Part shown: positions 1 to 12,035 of the stretch, piece by piece | Numbering within the stretch: position 1 is the first letter of the stretch | Layout: the number at the start of each line of letters is the position of its first letter | Assembly: GCF_963676685.1 (NCBI RefSeq) | Contig: NC_092344.1 | Location: 107,632,001-107,696,000, forward strand | DNA length: 64,000 bases | Source: Mytilus edulis | Lineage: Eukaryota | Reading direction: 5' to 3' | The notes under the pieces: generated by a model | The model's database searches: none | Told to the model about the DNA's origin: nothing | Seen by the model: the letters and a program-made list of their open reading frames with translations, nothing else | Made by a program: the position numbers and the translations under genes

Positions 1-965
1 AACCAAGAAAATGCTTATTTGGGCCCTTTTTGGCCCCTAATTCCTAAAATGTTGGGACCAAAACTCCCAAAATCAATACCAACCTTCCTTTTGTGGTCAT
101 AAACCTTTAGTTAAAATTTCATAGATTTCCATTCACTTTTACTAAAGTTAGAGTGCGAAAACTAAAAGTATTCGGACGCCGGACGACGACGACGACGACG
201 ACGCCGACGACGACGACGACGACGCCGACGCCAACGTGATAGCAATATACGACGAAAATTTTTTCAAAATTTGCGGTCGTATAAAAACTTTAACCACAGA
301 GTGAATGTAATGTTTCCTCGCAGAAAAACTAAGTCCATTTATAAGTAAAATACGGAAAAAATGGAATTTTATTTTTACAAAATTTACTTCTGGATACTTT
401 CTTATGATCAGAAACAAGCTTTTGTCTAAGTTTGGTAGAAATCCAGGATAGTTTAAGAACATTATAAAAATTTTAAAAACTTAAACCACAGAGTGAATGT
501 TTTATTTCTGCAAAAAAACTAAGTCCATTTATAAGTAAAATACGGAAAAGTGGAAACTTATTTTTACAAAATTTTCTTCTTGATACTATCTTATGATCTT
601 AAACAAGCTTCTGTCCAAGTTTGGTACAAATCAAGGATAGTTTATGAAAGTAATTAAAATTTTAAAAACTTTAACCACAGAGTGAATGTAATGTTTCCTC
701 GCAGAAAAACTAAGTCCATTTATAAGTAAAATACGGAAAAAATGGAATTTTATTTTTACAAAATTTACTTCTGGATACTTTCTTATGATCATAAACAAGC
801 TTCTGTCCAAGTTTGGTAGAAATTCAGTATAGTTTAAGAAAGTTATTAAAATTTCAAAAACTTTAACCACAGAGTGAATATTTGTGGACGCCGCCGAACG
901 CCGACGACGACGGAATGTAGGATCGCTTAGTCTCGCTTTTTCGACTAAAGTCGAAGGCTCGACAA
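1..965 (-). mobile_element. Non-autonomous Helentron/HINE-like element with internal ~190-bp tandem repeats; a second HINE-like element (1-283) is nested in it
   Basis: On the minus strand it starts TTTTTGTCGAGCCTTCGACTTTAGTCGAAAAAGCGAGAC (subterminal inverted repeat) followed by a (GTC)n microsatellite. The unit AAAACTTTAACCACAGAGTGAAT recurs at ~285, ~477, ~666 and ~857. The second element ends at GGTCGTATAAAAA (~285) and has its own GACGAC microsatellite (181-232). Confidence 0.65.
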
Positions 966-1569
966 AAATGAACCAAACTTTTGTGTGTGTATGCGGAATA
1001 TGATTATTCAACTATGTATCGATTAAAAATCTTGAAAATGTTTGAATTTTCGGAGTTTTGTTAAGATTTATGACTCGAAAAATCGCAAAATTTTGACCCC
1101 TCTTCATGATCAGGAGTTATTTTAAAAAGACGGTTGATGCTAAAAGCATAAAATAAGCTTTAAATGGTCAAAAATACATCATTGTAGTTATTCACTTACC
1201 TTGAGCTGCTGAACAATCCATTATGGGACACTTTGTGTTGATATTCTATATTTTTTTGAAAAACAACGAGCCGATTGCCGTCGGACAGATCAGCAACTTC
1301 CGTTTTGTGTCACTGTCCGCTTGTACACTGTGTTAAGGGTCAAATTTATGCTAGATTGACTGGACTATGGTGTGACCTCTAGAGTTTGGAATATTTTCAC
1401 TACATTGAAAACATGCATTTACCATTATCTTAGTAAATATTCGGCTAATATAATGCCATGTGTTGTTTTTTTTTCCGTTTTCTTGTCCTTTGCTGTAATA
1501 GGTGATCATGGTGATGTGGTGTCAAGATTACTGGGGATTCATCATGTTCATTATCATATGATGTAAGAA

Positions 1570-1744
1570 ACCAATTTTCTTAAATTTCATGGTTGAAGGC
1601 AAATCATAAATTCAAATGTTCAACGAAGAACAAATTTGCGATAAACGTATACACAGACTTGGGAAAAAGAAAATATACATAAATATACTATTTTTCCGCC
1701 ATCCACAAAAGTTGGTACCCATGAAAATATATGAATTCACAGTA
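1570..1744. mobile_element. Short TA-flanked MITE remnant (same family as 43020-43230)
   Basis: AACCAATTTTC...ATCCACAAAAGTTGGTACCCATGAAAATATATGAATTCACAGTA resembles the palindromic element at 43020-43230. Confidence 0.45.
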
Positions 1745-1859
1745 TTAAAGTCAATTTATATATTACTATGTATAACTGAGCTTGAACAATTACCACAGGA
1801 AATCAAGAGGTAATACAACAAATGTCTCTATAAAAAAGGTGTGTTATGTGATAATTTAC

Positions 1860-4800
1860 CTTCAAGGTTTCTCGTAAAGATTCACTAGTTTTAGCTACAG
1901 CTTCACCAGTGTCATTTGACATTGTATTGGAAAACTCCTCCAAATCTTTCTTGATCATTTCGTAGGCAGACATAGACTTCTCTTTTGCTGCCTGTATCCC
2001 ATACATGGACTTCTCTTTTGCTGCTTGTATCCATCCTCCCCACCAACTTCCTCCTTCATCGCTTGTTTCACTACTATTTTAAAAACATATACATGTACAT
2101 TAAAACGGTAAACCATCTAGAACTTACTACGAAAGAAATGACTACTCAAAATGGAATAAACTTGAATGTTCATTATTTAATTACAACAATAGTACTGTTT
2201 CATCATGTTCATACCTTGAAACAAATCATGCAGGCATGATTTTTATCTCGCACATCATTCAAACATATTACATTTGTACTTACAAAAATGTAAATCTATT
2301 TTAAACAAGAACCTTGTCTTAAATATTTGTGTGTTTATTCCTTACTAAACAAAACTATCCTCTACATTTTGAGTATCAACAAATCCAGGAGATTATCTCT
2401 ACTTAATAGCTCCAATGAGAGGAATGGGGTGGAATCAGTATCTTGGTGGTAAAAATACTCTTATTGAACAGTCAAATTAGAAAATCAATCCCGACACAGA
2501 ATTGTATTTTTAGGTTTAATTTTAATCCAAATAATTATAATGTAATATTAATGCTGTAAGATCTGTATCTGTATCTGTATGGTTACATCGTAGCTACCAA
2601 TTCTGGCTTTAATACAACGGGTTGAAGGCGCCATCGATTTACTGACGTCTCATGAGTGCAGATTTAAAGCTCTTAACACTTGTTTCGCACACAATAGTGT
2701 CCTCGAGATGGTTCCAGTAATAAATGTGGACACAAAGAATGAGTTTGAGTATTGTTGAGTTTTACTGGTGAGAATATCAAAGCACCTAGTATTGTTCCTC
2801 ACTTGTTTTTCAACTATGTTTGTTGCCTGGTAATTTTCAAACTTTTTCGCTGTGATGGTTCAACTTGGTCTGGCTGATTTTAAAAAGTCGTCTGGATCGA
2901 TAGCAGGTACCAATCCCTCAACCACCTAGTACAAAAATATAAGTTTTTGGCTAGTGCGTCTGGCTTTTAGTTCTTGAAGTTCCAGTTTGGCGAGCATGTC
3001 TGTTACGCAGCCAATTTCTCTTGTTTTGTAGTCGCCTGTTATAAAGCTTGTTTGAATCTTCTATACTGTAGGGGTCCCATACTGTTGCTGCATATTCAAT
3101 TGTTGATCTCACTCAGGAAAAGTTCCTTCTGAGGAAGCCAAGGTTGAACTTGTCTTTTTTGTAACGTTTGTTATGTGCGTGCTCCACTTCAGGTCTTCTG
3201 ATATCTGCACTCCTAGGTATGGGTTGTTCTGGACTTGTTGGAGTATCTGGCCGTTGAGTTTGTAGAATCTCTGGCTTTTGTTTTTGCCCATTTATTTGCC
3301 CAATCTTCTAGGTTTGCTAGGTCTTCTTGCAGCAGTTTGTGGTCTTTTTCTGTTTTAATGGTTCTATACAGTAGGCAGTCATTGGTGGACAGCCATACTG
3401 ATGACTTGACAGTGTCTGGCAGGTCATTTATGTGACATAAGAAGAGTAATGGTCCAAGTACTGTTACCTGCAGAAGTAGCCTTGTATAATTTATCATAAT
3501 TGGTACATTTATTACCATTTTTTCATACATGTAGAAGAAATTAATATGTGCTGGCCTAGGGTTACTTGGTAGTTCCTAATCCCTTTTGGGGCCATTTACC
3601 GTTAAACTGTTAAGCTGGGAGCCAAGACCAGATATTTCATAATTAGTTTCTTTATGTTCAACTGAAATTTGCCTGAAAGTTTAGGGTCCAGCTCAAAATC
3701 TAGGAGCCCTGGGGAATGTGTGTAAAATTATGTACTCTACTGTACAAATGTATAGTCACTACTGTAGGTATGGCAAACCAATGGGAGATAACTCCAAATT
3801 ACCCTAAATAATTGTACCCAGATGTGTGTAAAAATAAAATCTTTGGGTGACCTCCAATTACGGTCTTTTATTAACTTGTTAAGTCTCAGAAGGTTCTGAT
3901 TGCTTTTGATAGATATTATATGAATATTCATGATTCTGTATATTATAATTTTCGGGAATATGATGAAATATTTGAGGTACAAACAAGGGTTTGAAAGTTA
4001 CATTTGTTTCAAAAAAATACAAGGGAACTTTATACAGCCATAAAATGTACTTTTTTATTAAGTTTAATATATTAATTAAATAATAAGGTCCAAAAAATAA
4101 ATCTAGATAGCTGTGTTCATATCAAAATTATTTTTTATAAATTACCCTCCTTTTTGTGTATACAGAGTTATTTCCCTTGCATGGACAATTTTTGGTTAAG
4201 TCTTGATTGGAATTCAGCGGTGATAGTTTTTTTTTGCATTATACAGCCAGTTTATTGCCATTTAACGATAGTTTAACCACTTGCCATTGCACATGAGGTA
4301 GTAAGGATACTGAATAATGTGGTTTAACAACAATCAATATACATGACTGTATGTATTTTCAACATGTTCAACTAAAAACATACATAGGAATCCATGCAGT
4401 AGCGGCAGTTCAATTCGAATGCTATTCACATTTAATGCATTTCTAACTTCAGTCCTGAATAAAATTGGTTTACAGATTTCACTGTATAAGTATTGTAACT
4501 GATATACAGATATGAACATGATGAATTTACTTTACTTTTATACATACAGGTATTTACAGTACATAATCTGACATAATTATTTTCTTTGAAATTAGAATAA
4601 TTGTTAGAAGGTTGTTGTTTATTTTTATTTATAAGCATTTACTATACATGCCATATAAGATTAAGATATATTAATTAAATAGAATGTTAATGAAAAGGGA
4701 ACATTCTAAAACTATCACATGTATCATGACTATACAAAACTTTTCTTGTCTCTCATGGTACAACTGATTTTTATAGTTCATTCTTATGTTGTACTGTCAC

Positions 4801-6236
4801 AGGTCAGGGGGAGGATTGGGCGTCCGCTAACATGTCTTCTGACATCAGACTCGGATTTCTCTTGAATTGAATTTTAAATGTACGTATTGTTATGCGTTTA
4901 CTTTTCTACATTGGCTAGAGGTATAGGGGGAGGGTTGAGATCTCATAAACATGTTTAACCCCGCCACATTTTTGCGTCTGTCCCAAGTAAGGAACCTCTG
5001 GTCTTTGTTAGTCTTGTATTATTTTAATTTTAGTTTCTTGTGTACAATTTGGATATTAGTATGGCGTTCATTATCACTGAACTGGTGTATATTTGTTAAG
5101 GGGCCAGCTGAAGGACGCCTCCGGGTGTGGGATTTTCTCGTTGCATTGAAGACCTGTTGGTGGCCTTCTGCTGTTGTTTTTTCAGTGGCCGGGTTGTTGT
5201 CTCTTTGATACATTCCCCATTTCCATTCTCAATTTTATTAACACCGCCACATTCTGTATGTGTGTGCCTGTTCAAAGTCAGGAGCCTGTAATTCAGTAGT
5301 TGTTGTTTGTTTATGTGTTAAATATTTGTTTTTCATTTTTTTTTTTTACATAAGTTAGGCTGTTAGTTTTCTCATTTGAATTGTTTTACATTTGTCATTT
5401 CGGGGCCATTTATAGCTGACTATGCGGTATGGGCTTTGCTCATTGTTGAAGGCTGTACGGTGACCTATAGTTGTTAATTTCTGTGTCATTTGGTCTCTTG
5501 TGGAGAGTCATGTCTCAGATGGCAATCATACCACATCTTTTTTTATAGTCACACACACTAACATACATTTGTATATAAAGAGTAATATTCATATTTATAT
5601 TTTGTTTCTTTACATTCAAATGTTTATAAAGTTTTACTTTACATTTTCAATATACCTGATGCTCTGAAAAAAGGAATATGTAAAGGTATCGTCATGTTAT
5701 GTGACTTTGGACGATACAATTTCATGAGAGTGGTCGACATTTTCATGCTTTATGCTTCTATTTTGACCAAAAACCTGAATATGGAGGATTGAAATTGACT
5801 AACAAGATGTAAAAGAAGCAATATAAACAAAACTATAACCCAAATGATTAACAAAATATATTTTATTATTTTTTAAAGAGAGGAAACAGTTTTTCCAGAA
5901 TAGTAAAAAAATTTCGTTTTGAAAAGTTGCAATTTCTTCGTTGTTATTATGTGTATAGATAAAAGTGAAACTGTTTTGAAAATGTCTTCACAATGCCTTT
6001 TAAATGAGGTAAAGTTTTCTTAGATCGGTTGATTTAAAAAAAATCACTTTCCGTACCTAACTACTGTTGTGTAGCCAGTGGCAGGCTCAGTCTCAGGTCG
6101 ACTATATACTGTAATTGTTTGGAATTGTTTCATCGCATAGGTATTATATCAGAAAAAAAGATATGAACATCTTTAATCTACCAATCAACTCATATATATA
6201 TATTTTATGAAATAACTGTGTTTACCTTTCAGCCAT
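1860..6236 (-). CDS. BSDC1: BSD domain-containing protein 1, first two coding exons (6236-6226; 2073-1860); no further homologous exon found in the window
   Basis: ATGGCTGAAAG|gtaaac (11-nt phase-2 exon) splices to tag|TAGTGAAAC...TTGAAG|gtaaat. This gives MAESSETSDEGGSWWGGWIQAAKEKSMYGIQAAKEKSMSAYEMIKKDLEEFSNTMSNDTGEAVAKTSESLRETLK, matching the recalled vertebrate BSDC1 N-terminus (MAEG..GWWRSWLQ..AVKEKSSEALEFMKRDLTEF). Confidence 0.8.
2560..3467 (-). mobile_element. 5'-truncated, frameshifted CR1-like LINE fragment in BSDC1 intron 1
   Basis: RT motifs TVLGPLLFLCHINDLP, the decayed STNDCLLYR (for FADD) and YLGVQISEDLKWSTHI, split across frames; 3' (ACAGAT)n tail at 2560-2580. Confidence 0.85.
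4755..5548. repeat. Interspersed repeat with a second ~400-bp repeat (4836-5238) nested inside
   Basis: The host family recurs inverted at ~45180-45560 and partially at 27200-27375 and 43705-43885 (GACTATGCGGTATGGGCTTTGCTCATTGTTGAAGG, TGGCAATCATACCACATCTT). The end of the insert recurs inverted at 32260-32305. Confidence 0.7.
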
Positions 6237-6437
6237 AGCATTAATCTCTAACCAAACTGAAACGAAAGACATTCATCAATAAATGAAAATAATTCGATAA
6301 CATTTTGATACATATTTAATAATTTTTCAACAAAATTAATGAATAACTGTTATTTAATATTAAGAATATCAATTGATTCCGATATACATATCATGCAATA
6401 CACAGAACTCATAGACTATAATGAAACGTAAACAAGA

Positions 6438-6444
6438 TCACGTG
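6438..6444. promoter_or_regulatory. E-box TCACGTG ~200 bp upstream of the BSDC1 start codon
   Basis: GATCACGTGC at 6436-6445; CLEAR/USF-type motif; function inferred. Confidence 0.4.
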
Positions 6445-7200
6445 CTACATAAAAGTTTTTTAGCGGTAAATTCTAAACTAAAAAATAAAATAAAATTTTA
6501 ATGTTTTTTTCGATAGCAATAAAGAAATTTATGTATGAAATAACATCTAGTTGAAACATTATAGTAAGTAAATAAATAAGAAAAAAGGATTGATTTATTC
6601 CCCCCCCCCCCCCCCCCGAAAAAAAACCACTGACTAAATAAATCATACAAAAAACCAAGGATTTGTATAGTGAGACTATACAAATCCTTGAAAAAACGAA
6701 TTAACACTATAGCAGCAGAGACATATAATACAGAAATGTTCTAAGAAATGATTTAGTAGGAACAGAGACATATATGTCTCTGGTAGGAACAACATCCATT
6801 TTAAGCGAGTTCAACATCACGGTTTATTTGGAGTTTTACCATAGGAGTTTGAAATGAGGTCTGAAATAGCACAGAGGAGAAAATCGACAATTTTAGGACA
6901 CCTGTTATTGTTCACTAATTTTACGATGTTCTCCAAGGAATTGTAATTACTTGTGTTCTCTGAGGATATTCATTTTAAAACAGTATTTTAGAAACAAGAG
7001 ATAAATTACCCTTTTCAATTGAAGTATTTTTATATAAATTAAAACATGTCAAAATTTTATATAATCTTAAGCACCGTAAATTTACTACAATCTTGACTTT
7101 CGTAGAAGAGTAAGATAGGTGCAGTACTCCCCATTGAAGATTCAGTATTCCAATAAAGTGTTTTTTATTAATTAAAGAAAATAGTTTGATGATTTCTAAA

Positions 7201-7551
7201 TTCAGTGTCATCTGTCAGCTTGGTTTGATCTTATAATTACCACGAACTCATCACCCAAGCTTTCAATGATAACTATAGGCAATTTCTTGAGTATACTACT
7301 CAGGAATTTATTTATTGTTTTTAGTTGATTGTATTAATGAGGTCCTAGGTAGATGATTAGATCTTATTAAAACGTTTACACTCGTTACCTGTTATAAAAG
7401 AACATGATTGCTTGAGTTGAAAGATGATAACCTCTTAATCAATTATTAGTTGATTGCTAATGATCAGTTTTGATTGGTTTATAATCTCGATTATAATCCT
7501 GGTGTTGACAGATGATTAGAGTTCACTGCAAAGAGTATATATACTGGATTT
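7201..7551 (+). promoter_or_regulatory. Conserved proximal promoter of homeobox gene A (TATA-like element plus TGACAG/TGAT motifs)
   Basis: Blocks alignable with 13642-13974: TTCAGTG.CATCTGTCAGCTTGGTTTGATCTT, TTGAGTTGA.AGATGATAAC, TGTTGACA, GCAAAGAGTATATATA.TGGATTTT. Confidence 0.65.
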
Positions 7552-7622
7552 TTACTATTTTTCTTCATTCATATCTTTAGTCAGTCAGTAGTAACATTGT
7601 AGCAACCTCAGAATTAATCGAA

Positions 7623-8339
7623 ATGGCGTCCATACCTATGTCGTTCAGTATTGAAGAGCTATCAAAAAGCAGCAGGGTTAAGCAGCCACTTAAGTCAGAG
7701 AGTGCATTCTACGACTTATACTATATACCATCAGTCAACCACCATTCGAACTACAACTTCTCTACAAGTTCAATGACAGTTGAACAGCATATACAGAAGA
7801 AAAGAAAAAGATCTCTCCTCGATTCAGAAGATCACATCAGTTCACCAGAATCTAGACATTCATCTTCTCCTAGTTCTAACTCTGATGATTCTGAGAACCA
7901 CGAACAACCCTCAAAGAAAACCAGAACCATCTTCACTAACTCTCAGGTCTTTGAACTAGAGCGATACTACAGCACCTGCAAATACCTTGCTATTGAAGAC
8001 CGACAAGTCCTTTCCAAGAGACTCAAAGTCAGCGAAGTACAGATAAAATGGTGGTTTCAGAATCGCAGAATGAAAGAGAAACGTCAGATCAAGAGCTTCG
8101 GCTACAACGACTCAACAGAATTATCAAAGTTTGTTAGTGTCGGAAGGCCTAATACAGATCTACAGTCTTCTATGAATCAACCATCACACCAACATGGACT
8201 TCACCAGAACTATTCAGCATTACCACCAATGTTTAACCCGTACATGTTTGGATATGGTTGTTTGTCACCAGTCATGAATCCTGTTCAACAGTACTACAAC
8301 GGACTTTCACCCCAGCCAGTGCAACAGTACAGATTATAA
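7623..8339 (+). CDS. Intronless divergent ANTP-class (NK-like) homeobox protein, paralog A (238 aa)
   Basis: Homeodomain 7911-8090 SKKTRTIFTNSQVFELERYYSTCKYLAIEDRQVLSKRLKVSEVQIKWWFQNRRMKEKRQI; N-terminal eh1/TN-like SFSIEEL; KKRKR basic motif; Tyr/Pro-rich C-terminus. Confidence 0.93.
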   Translation: MASIPMSFSIEELSKSSRVKQPLKSESAFYDLYYIPSVNHHSNYNFSTSSMTVEQHIQKKRKRSLLDSEDHISSPESRHSSSPSSNSDDSENHEQPSKKTRTIFTNSQVFELERYYSTCKYLAIEDRQVLSKRLKVSEVQIKWWFQNRRMKEKRQIKSFGYNDSTELSKFVSVGRPNTDLQSSMNQPSHQHGLHQNYSALPPMFNPYMFGYGCLSPVMNPVQQYYNGLSPQPVQQYRL

Positions 8340-10374
8340 CTTGTGCTAATAAACATTATTCAAGAACATTCCTACATATGTGCTTAAGTAAAATAATAGT
8401 TCTATTGTTGTCATAGTTTGTTTTGCAATTGTTATTGTTAAAGATTTGATATGTGTATATATGTGCTCATTAAAACATGTATTTATATTCGATTTCAAGA
8501 TTTTGTCTTTTTTGCCAAAATGTATGAACAAGGGGAAAAGTTACATTCTTGTTGTCTACCTTATTCGGTTTTGTTGTCGTATGCGTAATACCGTCGCTTT
8601 CATATAGTATAGATCAATTCTATTATTTGTCTTTGGGTCTAAATTGTTTTTCGTTTGAAATCATCCAAACAGATAAAACAATGGTCTCATCTATATATAT
8701 AGAACGAGAAACTAGAAACACTTATGAACCACCTCAACAAACGACACCCACTGAACACCAGGTTTCTGACATGGGATATCTATTTATTATGTATGTTTAT
8801 TGTTGTATTGTTTATCTAGGAAGAATTTGCAACTGCAACACGACGCAAATCGGGAACACCTAATCAAGACATCTTACTTAAACTTGTGCTCATGAACAAA
8901 TTAAAAAAACTGATCCAAAGGGAAAGATAATCTATTTAAAAAAAACCCAATACGATGTAAAAACAAAATTAAAAAAAAACTGAAACGAAAATACAAACAG
9001 CTATTCACAAATCACTACACATAAAACTGAAGCTGATCAACACGAATACCACGAAAAAACGGAGAGACCTTAGTTAATTGCCCTTTCCCCCGTGTCGCGA
9101 TCGGGAAGGTAGAGTATCTCCTACTACTGATTTCACAGGTTCTCGTTGCTCTAGTAAAGGAAATACCCATTCGCCAATGTGAAAATGATCAAATGAATAT
9201 ATGATGGCGAAATTAAAAAAAAATCACATTTTCATTGTGTAGTTAACATCTAGAATATATATTATATTCTCTATTTATATTCAATAGAATATGTAGATCG
9301 GTAATATATTCAATAGAATATTTAGATCGGTAAATGAACACGAATTTTTACTAAAATAAAAACTGGAAATGGACAGCATATATTTTTTTTAAAATCGATA
9401 ATTATACACGTTTGATCATTGTTTGTCTGTCATCAAAGGGATGAAGAAAACAAGTAATTATATTCAATAGAATAGTGTTTGCAGAATATGTAGATCAGTA
9501 AATGACCACGAATTTTAACTAGAATAATTCTGGAAATGGACAGCATGTCTTTCAAAGAGCCCTCATATGGACCCTCAAAGTTTTGTTTCAAAATGTTTTA
9601 TTCTCGGTACGCATTGCAAGACAATGCCTCATCATAAGAAAAATAAAGAATATTATCTTTGCCATTCACAATCAAAGTACTGAAGTACTGAACATCCGAT
9701 GACCGCAAGTTTTTGTGGATGGTTAAACTGGAATCTTCTTGTATTCGCTTCACTTAAACAACTGGTATGACCCTATGAACAAAGTGTAGTAGTCAGCCGA
9801 GAACCAGCTTAGTGGATGGTCACAAGCACTTGTATCAGAAAAAAAATATTTGAGACAAGTTCGAGCGGGGATGATGAATAAATGACAAGGAATTCAATGT
9901 TACCGTTATAACTATTATATTGTGATACAAGTATACTCTGGTTTATTGTCATGAGTATATTATATTAATGTTTAAAATGTTTGCATATAACAGCTACATG
10001 TATTATATATAAATTTCTTTCAATTGTAATAATTCCATAATTTCTAATAGATTGAAATTGAGCAGGCATTCCTATTTTCCCACAAAACGTTGAAACATAT
10101 TGCCGCAATTTGTGATATGTATACATACTATTTTTAATTGATATCTATTCTAAAAATATTTAAAGCACCAAAAATATTACAAACCTTCATTTTAAAATTC
10201 ACCTTAACTAATTTTATTTTTGAATCATATACTAATATATTGTAAATATAAAGATATCCCCTTTTTGAAGTAAATATTTAAAATTGCTCAACGGATAAGT
10301 GGAGTCCTCCGAATATAAACGGAGATACATACCTGAACAAAACAGAACAGATATTCTTCCGCGTGCGTTAATAC

Positions 10375-12035
10375 CAGTGGCGTAGATGGGTCATTTTACG
10401 TGTACACCCCAACTTTACGGCGAGGGATATGATATGAATGAGATCCCATAATGATTCCTGTCGGTAAAAATCATTGATAGCAACATACTTTTGAATCTAA
10501 ATGGTTTATTTGTTTTGGTTAAATTTTGTAATATGTTAACTTGTTCATCGTGTTAAACTGGGAGCTAGCTTAATGGTCATTAGTTTTAGAGAAAACGTCC
10601 AAACCAATATTACTTTTAAATAAGTTTAAAGGTGTCGTGAGTGACCATACAATCGACAAAAGCACCTTTTAATGAACACAAACAAAATATTTCAGGGCTA
10701 AGATGTGCAATATAAAAAAAATCTGGAACACCTAGGATTTCTTCCCACAAAAAGTGAATCAATTTATCATTCCTTTAAAAAAAAAATGATATTTTTTTTT
10801 TATCTGGAATATTTCACGACAATGTATGAAGGTTTAAATTGAGCATGTTAAACAATTAATTGCGTAAAGAAGAGCGGCTATCTTTCTATCAAAAAAGAAC
10901 AGAAAAATGAACGAAAACAAATACTTTCAAAATTTTAGCTTTAGCCGTGACATTAGTCATAGAAAAAGCTTATTCGGCATTTTCATCAAATTCGACCAAG
11001 GTTCGACAAGTAGTTAATGTAATTGAGAAATAACAAAATGTAAGCCCAAACTGCGACCACTTATTAATTGCAGAAAGAAATACATTTTGTCCTTAAAACG
11101 CGGGAAAATTAAAGATATAATTGCATCATTATATTACTCTGAATACCCTTTTGATCATTAACAGTTTCTGTCCAACTTTCGTAAAATTTCACGGAGAGTC
11201 ATTCAAAAGACTTTATCCACATTCGGAACCTAAATATTGACGCCGCTTTGTCTCGCTTTTGGGACATAAATCACAGGCTCGCCAAAAATACAAACAGCAT
11301 ATCGAATCTGAGCAGATAGTGAATTGCTTTAAATATAAAAAAAAGTACGTAGAATTCATAGTAGATTAAGACTTTTACAAAAGATTCGAACAAATATATT
11401 AAATGATCTATTTGAGTAAAGGAGTTGGTTCAGTAAGACCCTTTTTTGGCCCCAAAATATAGCAGTTTTACAAAATTTTTAAAATGTAAACCTTTAGTTA
11501 TTTATTGGACAATAGAATGCTTCTGCTACATAAATATGGGCTGTTTTTGACAATACAATGCACATATATCCGCTACTAGCACCATTTAGTCATGCTAAAT
11601 TACTGAAATCCTCATAATTCTAGCATTTTAGTTAAATTTTAATTTTTACCAAAAACCATCTGAAAAGTGACATTTTTCGGCATATTAGGTAGATTTTTCA
11701 TATTTGAGCTTGAATCGGATCGTTTTTAATGCCTAAATCTGTTAAAATCTTTCACTTAAACTAATTAATTCAAATAAAATAGACACTTAAGTGTTTAAAA
11801 AGTGGTCAAAATCTTTCGTCAGATGAACCTGAAATTTGAGGCCAAAATCGGTCCTTACCGGACCTACTCCTTTAATTTAGTCCCTTTTTATTCAAAATTA
11901 CAATCCATTGAAAAAAGAAGCACAAGGCTGATGTGCTTTTGACCTGTTTTCCTTATTCTATGTCGATTATTTGTTTTATTTTCAAAATTCAAGTGTACGC
12001 CCGGGTGTTTTGACGTAAACGTAGCTACGCACATG
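10375..12035. mobile_element. Non-autonomous DNA transposon with 5-bp TSD (hAT5-like), containing nested insertions
   Basis: Ends CAGTGGCGTAG / CTACGCACATG; AATAC flanks both sides (10370-10374, 12036-12040). Confidence 0.6.
11420..11871. mobile_element. MITE with TTAA-type target (Kolobok-like); second copy at 18820-19271
   Basis: TIRs AGGAGTTGGTTCAGTAAGACC / GGTCCTTACCGGACCTACTCCT, flanked by GTAA and TTAA. Confidence 0.7.

Noticed and set aside
148-1011. ORFs 148-462 and 631-1011 with similar translations
   Set aside because: They are translations of the ~190-bp tandem core and microsatellite of a non-coding repeat.
7623-8339. Assigning a gene symbol (NK2/NK3/Hmx/Hox3/zen) to the homeobox genes
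   Set aside because: Diagnostic residues are mixed (NK-like helix 1, Met54, Trp47); orthology needs a phylogeny.
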